DNA of 64,000 nucleotides from Antedon mediterranea (lineage: Eukaryota; Animalia; Echinodermata): assembly GCF_964355755.1 (NCBI RefSeq), contig NC_092672.1:36338437-36402436 (forward strand). The letters run 5' to 3'. The translations under genes were made by a program, and so were the position numbers. Of the stretch, positions 1 to 12,200 are shown piece after piece. The notes under the pieces are model-generated. The model searched no databases. It saw nothing but the letters and a program-made list of their open reading frames with translations, and was not told the DNA's origin. Position 1 is the stretch's first letter. Every line of letters begins with the position of its first letter.

Positions 1-349
1 TGGTAGTTTGAAATGTGTATTTGTTATTTATAGTATAAAAGCAGAAAAATGTAATAATAAAAAACTTACCATTTTTTATCGTACAGTAATAATTATACAG
101 TATTATTACTGTAGCCTACACTAAACAAGCGGCAAATAGTGGAAGATGTGGTATAGATCTTCCTTGATAAATACACGCAAACTTGCATTTAACGAATACT
201 TTGAATAAATTGCGATGGAAATGATAGAAAACAATGGTGATAACAATGATCACAGCGATAAAGATAAATAAAATACGGTTGAAAATTATATAATGGTAAC
301 AACAAAATACCAAGATACTAAATTCATTCCCCCGCCCTCAAATAAAGTG

Positions 350-625
350 TTGATGTTGATAAAATATTGATGCAAATGATGATGATGATGAAGAATTGAT
401 GATGTTGATAATGATTATGATCATGATAATGTTGATGATGATAATGTTGATGGTGATGATAATGTTGATGATAATGATGTTGGTAATGTTGATGATAATG
501 TTGATGATAATGTTGATGGTGATGATAATGATGATGACATTAAATGATGTTGATGATACGTTGGTATCGTCTTGTTAGTGATGTTAGTGATCATGATTAT
601 GAATTTGATAATGACAACAACGGCA
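350..625. repeat. Degenerate GATAATGTT(GAT)n low-complexity tandem repeat
   Basis: Repeated GATGATAATGTT units visible directly; accounts for the poly-Met and poly-Ser/Thr ORFs at 396 and 421. Confidence 0.85.
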
Positions 626-2845
626 ATGACAAAAGACAAAAAGTATAAAGCTGATCGCCGATCAAGTAATATAGAAAGAATACTTTAATATCTATATACA
701 TATCTTAGAAAAGAATTCTACACACAAGTCAAACAAAATCAACTTTACATTATCGTTATAATAAAATAATATCGATTAAAGAAATATAAAATTTACACTC
801 AAATTGTAACACTTTGACAAGTATAACTAATGCATTTTAGTAAACTATCGGTATTTTATATCTTCAGTGTTGTAGACTAAAGTTTCATTTTATAAAAGAA
901 TGTTATTGGTATGTAGATGGCGTCAAAACGACAAAAAGACGACATAATTTGTTTAAAAAAATATCAGTTTTGCACCAAGAAAGTAAAAAAAAATTTGAAT
1001 TGAAATCGGGACGTATTAACTATGACATTACCAGATAGGAGTCACCAACGCAGGAATTTATTTTCAGTTACTGTCGATAAGGGGCGCTCTCTAAACACGA
1101 TTTAGTTTATGTCGATCATTAAATTGTACAAATAGGGAACTCTTTCCTGGTAAAACTAATGTTTTAAGTTTCACCAACTAAATCTTTCTGAATTATTATT
1201 CTTTAAACATTTGATAATTTTTTCCTACATTTCCTTTTTACTATTATCATTTGTCTATTTAGTTCAACAATGTATTTTGTACTTTAGTACTGTTGGTTTA
1301 CTTCAGAATAAAATAGAAATAAATATGATGAGTAATTCTAATAGCGTAATAATACTTTTAATTATTAAAAACATACAAAATACATTATTATTATTATTAA
1401 ATATTGGTAGTGTTGCTCGATAATTGAAATTAATCAAAATAATCTTCAATAAAATAGATGAAGACGTCAAGAAATAGAAACAAAGCAACCGGAATAAAAC
1501 CCATCGCAATGTAAAAACTAATATAATTAACTACAATTATAAATTACTGTTGATTAAATAAGAATGGTTTGTGTACATTTCTACATCTTCACCACCCACA
1601 GTTTTTATTAATTAATAATCGTTTGACCTAGGTGACCTCTGATGGCTAGTTTTATGTAACATGTTGTACCAACCTACAATTTGCTAATGTCTATTTAACG
1701 GACTAAAGTGACAATCTGCGGAATCAACTATAAGAAACATCATTATTTATCTTATTCTTCAAAGTTAATGGTTTTCCAACTTTAAAAAAAACTCATATAC
1801 TATTGGTGGATACCATGATTAATGAAATTATTACAATGATCCAAAATAGACATAAAGATTGAAAGAACATTTAACGTACACATGGCGCACCGTGGAATGT
1901 TATGTACACTCAAGTTACTAGTCAAAATATGCAACTAAAATTTAGCAATATATACAGTAAAGGTGTAGCACCAAAGTAGGTCGTTCGTTGGTAACAATGG
2001 TTGGAAATCGGTATTGTTTTAATCACTAAAATAATTGAAAAGTTTTCAAGAAAGAGTAAATAAAAAAAAAACACATTGAAGTTAACTTTACTGTTCATAA
2101 TTGAATTCACACAAATTTATAAAAGTTGGATTAGAAAAACGGCACGTTTGGTTATGTAGCAATAAAATATCTTGTTTCTCGCATATTGCCACCAACTTTA
2201 TTTTTCAACAAAATAATTGGTATACAGTGAATGTTTTGGAATTGACATTTCATAGGTCTTTTGGGCTACAATTTGGTTACTTTTGCCAAAAGAAATCGCT
2301 TATGAGTAGCCACTAATGAGTCTTAATTGTTTTGTGTGATACCTATAAATGAATAACATCTCAACATTTTTTAACAACATTGTTTGTTACAATAGTAAAG
2401 TACATAGAAAGGGACATGAGTTGTTGCATAGATGATCATAACATTTCAATATTTCTTTTGTAGATGAAATTGTTCATAAAACATATTTATCTTTGGTTTT
2501 ACAGTATACATGACTACTTATAAATATATTGAAAAAATAAAAATATTTTATATGATTTCAAATTTAGAAGACAATAATTTGTTTCTATATACTGACGCAG
2601 CAGAAAAAAAGCGTTGACAGGTGAATATGCAAATGAGTAGTAGGCAGGTGTAATGTATGCGAGGTATCCATCTTGATCTAGGCGAATTGGATGAGTAAAA
2701 TGATTGCTATGACAGCAAGCAGTACAAGACAACAGCAGGCGATATAGAACTTCTTCTGCAATTTGAAATATAATAAACACATAATCCACAAGGCCTTTTA
2801 CAATATACGAAGAATATCTATGTCTACATGTGTTTGTTTTCTTAT

Positions 2846-3555
2846 TTGATGATGATAATGTTGATGATGATAATGTTGATGATGATAATGTTGATGATGA
2901 TAATGTTGATGAAGATAATGTTGATGATGATAATTTTGATGATGATAATGTTGATGATGATAATGTTGATGATAATGTTGATGATGATAATGTTGATGAT
3001 GATAGCGTTGATGATGATAATGTTGATGATGATAATGTTGATGATAATAATGTTGTTGATAATTATTATATTGATGATGATGTTTATGATACAGATGATA
3101 ATATTGAGGATAATGTTGTTGATGATAATGTTGATGATGATAATGTTGATAAAAATGTTGATGATGATAATGTTGATGATAATGATGAAAATGTTGATGA
3201 TAATGATAATTTTGATGATGATAATGATGATAATGGTAATGATGAAAATATTAATGATGATAATGAAAATGTTGATGATAATATTGATGACTCTGATAAT
3301 GTTGATGATAATGATGATAATGTTGTTGATGATAATGAAAATGTTGATGATAATATTGATGACTCTGATAATGTTGATGATAATGATGATAATGTTGTTA
3401 ACAATGATGATAACGTGTTGATAATAATGATGATGATGTGGATGATGAAAATGATAATAATGTAGTTGATAATAACATTGTTGATAATGTTGTTGATGAC
3501 AATGTTGCTGCTGATGATAATCATGATAATGCTGTTGATGATCATGATGAAGAAA
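2846..3555. repeat. 15-bp GATGATGATAATGTT minisatellite, degenerating rightwards
   Basis: Near-perfect 15-mers from 2846 to about 3050, then diverged units; same motif as 350-625; explains the three low-complexity ORFs at 2828, 2830 and 3084. Confidence 0.9.
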
Positions 3556-5770
3556 ATGTTTTTAAACTGATGATTTAGAAGATGACATAAGCATGCACAA
3601 AATATTGCATTTTCGTTAGTTTGCATTGTTCTGATTACTAACCAACAATTAGAAAACGAAACATTCATTCAAAGGAATTAGAGTAGGAATTTATTAATTT
3701 GTTAAAGGAAATACTTGCATCTATTAGTAAGTTAGTTTGTTAGTACAAACTAATTGTGTGTTTTTAATTCAGACATTTGCATTATTTATTATTAATTACA
3801 TTATATTTATATTAATCTGTATTAATATTAATTTTAAAATTGCACTAATATGTTCATATTCTTGGGTAATATTAATTTTTTTTTTTTAACCTTATATTCA
3901 TTTTAGTTTTTTATAATTATTTAAGATAATCGTTATCATTATATAAAAGATAATCTTTCAAATCAAGCATGAGAAGGTACAGGGCAGACATGCGCAAACG
4001 TTATTGCCAACAAGCCATGCATATACTTATATAGCATATAACTTGAATAGAAAGTTACATAATGTTTAAAACACATTGATGATGTGATGGTCCGATGAGA
4101 TTAAATGTTGATAAATACAATGATAACAATGAGTCCAAGTAGAACACCAACTGTTATCAATAGGTAGAATCTTTTCTATATAAGACAAAGTGCATGTATG
4201 AATCAGACAGTGTTATGAGAAGGCTATTTTATTTATTTTCCGCACAGTGGCGTAACAGCTAATCCCGGGGGTCTTAAGGTGGCCCATGAGCAGTGCCCAG
4301 AGAAAAAACAGGAATTAAAATGTACCGGAAAGGCTACAAATGTCCGAGCCCTCCAGCGTTGGAACTTGGAGGGCCACTTAGGTGCCTAAACCAGGGCCCG
4401 CTGCCTCTGCATTACACCACTAGTTCTGCACCACCTGAAGATGGTTTATTACTTTATTCGAATGGTATTTAAGAATTATGCATGCATGCATTATAAATCA
4501 TATAATATATGAGTTTAAACAGTAAGAGTTAAAAAATAAGAAAAAAAGGAAGAAAATGTTGAATTAAAAAGTTAAACTTTAAGATTAGTAAAGGAAAACA
4601 TATAGCGTACAAAAAGTAAGTAAAATATTATCAAAGACTACCGGTAATAAATAAAATAAAAGCCGATATTAGAAAATGTTAAAAAGTAAATAGATGATTG
4701 ACTAGTTTCTTCAGTAAATAATTGTTACTAAAGAACTACTATGGCATTACTGCATCAACTGCAGTACATATTTATGATAATTTTTAAATGGTTTGGTAAT
4801 ATCAAAGTTATTTTTAAACAAAGGCAGTACAAATGTTGTTGATGAAATTATTAATTTGAAATTAATAATTTGAGTGAATAAAGCAAAATGTATTTAAATT
4901 CTATTCTACATAAAAAAGCAAAAATATAATAATATACTCCAAAAAAAATAAGTTTATACAAGAAAGATGAACGAATTCTTACCTTTTATCATATAGTTGT
5001 TTTTATCCATGCTGCTTATTTAATGTTTCTTTAAATATAAATTAAGTTAAAACTTACCACATATGTGTTCCTTTTACATCAGTTTCATTTTTCACTTTTT
5101 TAAACTACTATACATTATACTGTTACTTCAACACTCAGTGAACAGCAAGTACGTAACTTACAAGGATCAGAAATAAAAGCTACGTTTCCCTTTAATTAAG
5201 TTTAGGTACTGGTGAGACCATGCAGGGATTTTTAGCACTGTGGTAGAGCCTTGTAGAATTTGTAGGCTAGCATATTAACCAACACCATTATATCACGATA
5301 ATTGTGTTGACAAACTGTATACTGTATTACGACAAAACATTATTAAATCATAAATATAATCAGCTAATCTAAAACTAATTTAATACTTTAAAGAACATAA
5401 GTATAGAAAATAAGTAAATAATAAACAAACAAAAATAAAATGATAAATACAATTCTACATATATTTTAAGCAACAACTTCCAAACACTATTTGATTTTAT
5501 ACTGTAATCAAGAAATGGGGGATAACAGTTTACAAACACTGACAAACAAAATACTGTATGAATCTGAGAATATAAAAAACACAAAAACACGTGTTCTCAT
5601 TTCCAACAAGGAATTTAATTGCAATTATCACAACTACCTGATAATTTTTCATACAATTTATTTATTATATTGTTCTGCTATATTATTAATAACAATAATA
5701 ATATTAATAATAGTATTTTACTACACAGCTAAGGCCCAAATGCCAATTTACAGAGCAAAAATAGTCAGTA

Positions 5771-6092
5771 GTTGACATGAAATTGTAGAGTTTTGACATG
5801 GCATGAAATTGTAGAGTTTTGACATGACATGACATTGTAGAGTTTTGACATGACATGGCATTGTAGAGTTTTGACATGACATGACATTGTAGAGTTGGCA
5901 TGGCATGACATTGTAGAGTTGACATGACCTGACATTGTAGAGTTTTGACATGACATGAAATTGTAGAGTTTTGACATGACATGACATTGTAGAGTTTTGA
6001 CATGACATGACATTGTAGAGTTTTGACATGACATTGTAGAGTTGACATGGCATGACATTGTAGTGTTGACATGACATGAAGAATTGTAGGGT
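5771..6092. repeat. Minisatellite, 23-28-bp unit TTGACATGACATGACATTGTAGAGTT
   Basis: About 12 tandem units with a variable number of CATGA subrepeats; gives repetitive ORFs in all three minus frames. Confidence 0.92.
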
Positions 6093-9000
6093 CAAATTTA
6101 CACTAACTTTGTTGTCAATATAAATAAAAAAAGGGTAGTAATATTAGAAAGGTTTCATAAACATAATTATGGAATAATCTCTCACACTACATGACTTCAC
6201 TGCTATCAGTCATTCTGAGTATGTGCAAAACGACCTTTTACTTGACAGCTATGTAGTCACATGTAGTACGTAATCCTTAATAAAAATAATTTTTAATGGA
6301 GAATTTTAAAAGTGTGATGTGTGATAGATAAAAAAATAGCATTGAAACGATCCAGTGCATTGCATGTAAACAAACCATAAGGCAATGATCTTAGTGTGTA
6401 TAAGCCCAACATGCCACAGATTCATTTCAGTGTAAACTAGACCTTGTACCTATGTGTTAAAATATGTAAATTTGTTGTTACTGATTAACTTAATTCTTAT
6501 TTATCTACGACTACACACATTTTCAGAGAATGAAAATAGTTTTGGTTCCATTAATCAATGGGACATTGTCTTTTTTCAATCTACTGAATCAAAATGTTCT
6601 GAAATAAAAGCACAGACTAGCAGTATTCAGTTGACACAACATTCAAATTGTATTTTTCTACATGATTAATATTTTGTAAACTATTTAACATGTTTTAAAC
6701 AAATTAATCTTGGAAAACTGAAAAAAAAAAACCATAAATTATTTACTTTACTAAAAATTCTAGTTTTAATAACTTGTTTAAAAATCTACTTTATAAGAAA
6801 TGGAAAAAGAAAAACCTAACACAAACGAAAACACATTTACTAAAATAGTCCAAAAGATAGTTTATACAGAGCAGTTTTAAACAGCTTACACTAATAATCT
6901 ATACATAGTTTACATTTTGACTTTTAACTATTATTTTGTAGGCTTAAACTACATTTACTATACTATATCATCATATATTGTATATGAAAAAGAGAAAAAA
7001 TGTTATAGGGAAAATAAGGTGTTGTCTCTTATCTTGATTTATTGAAAACAAGATGAAATATCTCAATATTAGAAAGCTGTAACTAATCACGACAAAGTTT
7101 ATATGGTTTGTGTACACCAATAATCATACTTTTAATTATTCATTTAAGTTTCAACAACATTGAGCAGTATACATCAACTTGACCATAGCAAGAAGAAGAT
7201 GCAAGAGATTTGGAGAAATTGGATTAGAAAAAAAAAAGATTAAGATTTATTTTGGGGAACTTCATTTCTTTGGAGAAAAGAACAAACATTTGGGGAAAAA
7301 AAATAGAACATAATTGAAGAGTTTTATTCTTGGAAACTGAAGTTCTCAGAAAAAGCAAAACTCTTTTGGAAAAAATCAAAAGGATTTGAAAAGTTTTCTT
7401 CTGGGAAACAACATTTTGAGAAAATTAAAGTTGCTGGAAAAGTGGAAAACTGAGTTTTTTACAGAAAATAGATCAGTAGAAATGGAACAGATCGGTAGAA
7501 AATGGAACAAATTTATCATATTTTTATGGGAAAATGTTAAACTTTACAACAAGCTATACTGATAATTCCGGATAAATGAATGTTCTTTTACAATTATACC
7601 ATTCCACTTATAGCTCACCAACAAATGACAAATAAATAATTTTATATAATGTTATAACATTGGACCATAATAATATTGGAACCGGACACCAGGACAATCA
7701 TCAAATTGAATGTGCAAACAAAGATAAAACATTAAATTATCTAATATATCTAACAAAAACAACAATAAATTCTTTGTAAAAAATATGTTTAGTTGAATAA
7801 TTAAGTATCTTAATTTAAGTTTTCATAACTTCTGGTTGAATTTTGCTGGTTTAGAAAAGCAAACACATTTTTATTTTACTATGTTCCATCCTGAAAAACG
7901 ACAGATGACTAACATTATTATTATACCACAACCATTCACAAATATGAATAAGAAAATTGTTAAATATGTATTGTATTGAGCACTTTAAGCCATTACTTCT
8001 GCACTACTAAAAACAAACGTTCCTATTTAATGGATTTCAAACAACGTATTCAAAAATTAATAAATAAACATAATTTCTATTATTTGACACAATTACTATA
8101 AAGATGAATACTACCAGCTTCACCTAGATGTTACAGCTTTTCTTGTGGTCATACTTCAGTTCGTAAACTTACTGCATTCTGGTAACATACCTGATGCAGC
8201 CACAACCTAGTTGACTTAAAAAATGACTTCACTTCTGACTTACATTTTTTGGCATGTTAGTAAGTGACGCATCCATCTTTGTCAAACCTACAGCTTGGAA
8301 TCTGGTTTGTAATCTTAACTATAACTATATTTTGCTTCAATTTATATCATAACTAGTGGGTGATTTCAGGGTTGTAATAAATATATTCTGCATCCACAAA
8401 ATAAGTAACATATTACATAATATTTATAAACTTGTTAATAATTATATTCAACTATCCCTTCTATTCTTAGATGGCGACTCTGCACTACAAAATGAATTCT
8501 ACTACTAGTAATACTAGACAATTTCAAACTATTCAGTTTTGTGAAAATATTATGACATATAGGAAATTGAAACAATCATGGAGCCTAACACTCTACAAAA
8601 GCAGCTTCATCACATCCATTATTAAACATAAAATTCAAAAATCAAAACAAGTAAATTTTACCAAACCAAAATATATCTTATTTTCAAATGTTACTCATTG
8701 CAATACAAAGAAATCTGCACTTGAAACATTTTTTTCTTCTAGTTAGTTTCCACAGTACTGCATAGTTTCTACGAATGATTTAAATACAGTATCTCGACCG
8801 CAGACAATATATGAACACTATACTATAAATACCAATACCAATAACAATACTTTGTTCAACTTATGCATTTTTAAGTACAGGCTATAGCTATTTGGAAAAA
8901 TGTACAGGTAGCCAAAAAGGACAAACCTGGGCACATAAAATATTGCTACAACTTCCAATCTAAGTTTCTAAAATGTATACGAGTATTTGTAATACGCTTT

Positions 9001-9213
9001 GCAATAATAAATAGTGTATAGGCCTATTCAAGGATCTCCCTGGCCTATTATTCCACTAGGTTAACACAAGTTTTTCACAAATATCTAATATTCTAAATAT
9101 TTTCCAATTAAGAATAATAAGTAATTCATGATTAAATTTCTTGCAGACTACTTTTAAATTACACTTATTTATTATTTCTGTTGGAATCACAGCATATGAA
9201 TCAGTAATAAATG

Positions 9214-9291
9214 TTACATGAACTTTAAGGCAACAAAACCAACGAGGCAACTGATTAAAACTGTGCAACCAGCTATCATCATGAGTTTTTT
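9214..9291 (-). CDS. STX1A: Syntaxin alternative last exon T3 (transmembrane anchor)
   Basis: atctttacag|AAA AAA CTC ATG...: [25 protein letters not shown], phase 0, 78 nt including TAA; acceptor nearly identical to that of T2. Confidence 0.8.
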   Translation of the reverse strand, partial: KKLMMIAGCTVLISCLVGFVALKFM

Positions 9292-12200
9292 CTGTAAAGA
9301 TATAAATTACAATCCAGGTGGCTTTAACCCAGGTGGCTTTGTCCGTAAAATTCTACAGAACGACTACATAAATGACAGTCTTTCAACAAAGATTTCCACA
9401 TATAACTTCTCATACAGGAACAGAAACACAAGAATTATATTGTTATACAAAATAGAGTTTGTTACCCATCTTAGACATTTAAATACAATGTAGAATGCTG
9501 TATAGTATTACGACCAAGAAACCAAAACACACAGTAACTTTTGCTTATTTAAAAAGCAAGCCAAAAAGTCTTTAGTGGGAAGTTAATATTGTCAATTTTA
9601 AGCAGGTTTTTGTAATTGATCAACGAATCACACTATAATCATTACACCTAGTTACAAATAGCATTAATAAGCAAGCAACTTTACAAAGAATTTTTCTTAC
9701 GTTAGTTAAAAACTGTTTACAAAGCATAATGTTATTAGATTACTATTTTACAGTATTGGATACATTCAACAACTTAAACTAACATTGTGAAAACAGTTTT
9801 ACAAATAATTTATAAATTTAAAGAATCAAAAAATTAAATACAATACAAATAACAACAAAACCAAAAACAAACAAAAATCTTTAAATAGTTTCAAATTTGA
9901 GAAGTTGAAGTTTCTATTATAACAATGTTAGCAACCTTGGGATGGATAAGTTTATACTAGCTAAAGGCAGGAACAAATTGACTAGATTCTAACAACAGTA
10001 CTGCATAGTTTGTGCTAAAAATTAACCGATTAACATTAGCCAATAATTTACCTATAGACAATACTGCAAATATTTTGTTCAAAAAAAGTTATATTGTTTT
10101 CATTTGATATATACAGCTCGTCATTGGTCTATGAAAACAAAGCCAATAAAGATATTATGAACAGCTATAATTAGAATAGAGTTTTACATTCAAAGTAGGT
10201 ATATATCATCCACTATATTAACAAGATTGAAGAAGCAATGTACACTAATTGGAAGTTCTATCTGTTGACATATACTATAAAACAACTTCACAATATTAAA
10301 TCACAGGAGAATCTGACCACCTCTTAAAAAAGGAAAGGGTTTAATGATGAAACCCTTTTGTTTAGCAAAATTAATTTTTGTTGGTGGGGGGAAAATTTTC
10401 ATAAATATACAGATAATATCTGAAAGTTATTTGATTAATTATTTAATAACCAAAAAAATACTGATTTTGAATTCACGATCATCAATACCTGTAGAGTAAT
10501 TAAGCTTAAGAATCATTATTACTGAATCTTATTCCTACACTGCCTTCACATCATCTTACTAAACCTATCTTAAATTGATCTATCTGCCTTCTGTTTAGTG
10601 TTATAAAATTTTTATATTTCCCTTATGCGACCTTTGACATAATGATAACTCCAACGATCCCAATCAATGCCACACAAGCCAGAATCATCATAATTTTTTT
10701 CTGTAAAGATACAAAAACGGAATGGAGAAGCTTCTTCTTTTAACTTTTCTCCAAGTCTTGTGAAACAACACGACAAATGTATTCAAAATCTTCTAACACG
10801 GGGTTACAAAAAATACATAGAAAGAGGAAACGGAGAGAAATTAAGACTTTGACTCCCATCTAGTTTGAGTGAAGATGAGATACCTAAATCTTAGAACATT
10901 CACAGTTCATTAAAGGCTCTAGATGGTAGGTCAGTTTTACTTTCTCTCACTCTTGTAACTAATCACGACGGCGAAGGTACTAAGATAATAATAAGGATCG
11001 CTATAATTACGAACAAGACACCACAGCACAAAATTATCATAATTTTTTTCTGCAAGAAAAGAAAAAGAAAGAGAACTGCAAGCAATTTTATCAGAAGAAA
11101 TGGGTTTTTTGTTGGAATACTTTTTCTGTCCTCTTATTACTTTTTAAAAAATTCTGTTTTATTCAACTAAACAATGTCATTAAATTATTGGGTGTGTAAA
11201 TGACAATCTCACAATCTGTTTTCCGAAAACTTTCTCAATGACTGTTAAGTCTGCATTATTTTATAGATGCCCTTCAAGCTGGAAAAAACCAGTTGATATT
11301 AATGAGCATCTACTTTTGTTAAATAATTCTATAAATAACCAAATTGTTTTATTATATGAATAATTTAGTATAAATAATGACTTATTTTCTTATTCAACTT
11401 TACCCAATATCAGCAGGAAGTTCTCTTTTTGTTATGCATCTGGACAAATTTTAAATTTATTAATCACAAAGCGTCCACAAATCACAATATTTATTATATA
11501 TAACTATAAAAAGTTATTATTAAACACAAATTATAAGAAGAATTGATGCGTTTCCTCAATTATAATCAGCAATTTAAAATAATGTAGAAATTTTAATATT
11601 TTATATAATGTGAACGATAAATTGAAATTGAAAGAGACACACTTATTAATAATACTCGCAAGATAATATATTTTTTTTTAGTTTTTGTTGATTTTTCTTT
11701 TTTTAAATATTCATACTTTTTTTGGGACTGAAATGGAAACTAATTCTTCTGTATATAAAGATTAATTGGGTCTTCCTGAATCTATTATGTTTGATTGTCA
11801 TTTTTTGTTTATATACAAACAAACTTATTAAGTTTTAGTCACGATCTTACCCTTATAATATAACTTTCAGAACCCTAAATTTTCACTATTTCACAATTGA
11901 TAGTGTCTCATAAAAGTCCCAAAACTTGAGGGCATACAGACTTTTTCTTTTTTTAGTACCACTTGTAGAACCATGATGGTAAGTAACATTTCTCAAACAA
12001 ACAGTGCTTCGGAATAATTTAACATATGGTACAAAAGCATTTATTTTCACTAGTGAAGTTATTTCAGCAAGCATTTTATTTTTCAGTATTATTAATTTAA
12101 TATTTGTTTTATTTTTTGTTGGAATATATTGAGGAAACCATCAATTCTCATAAAGTGTTAGTAAAGTAATTTTAGTATACAATATTAAATTTTATTAAGC

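Noticed and set aside
61-313. Possible first exon of another minus-strand gene (AAAAATG|GTAAGT near 64-72) and hydrophobic ORF 116-313
   Set aside because: Only a single donor-like motif at the window edge and no recognisable protein; cannot be supported.
2830-3465. Asp-rich (DDDNV)n ORF resembling an acidic biomineralisation protein
   Set aside because: No ATG in that frame, no signal peptide or clear splice context, other frames are equally open, and the same motif recurs at 350-625; a simple repeat is the simpler explanation. Spliced RNA-seq coverage would reopen it.
5704-6095. Cys/His-rich repetitive ORFs and a CRISPR-like periodic pattern
   Set aside because: Units are contiguous with no unique spacers, the context is eukaryotic and there are no cas genes; it is a minisatellite.
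6100-9200. Hidden gene downstream of syntaxin
   Set aside because: Only short AT-rich ORFs with no consistent exon chain; more likely syntaxin 3' UTR or intergenic DNA.
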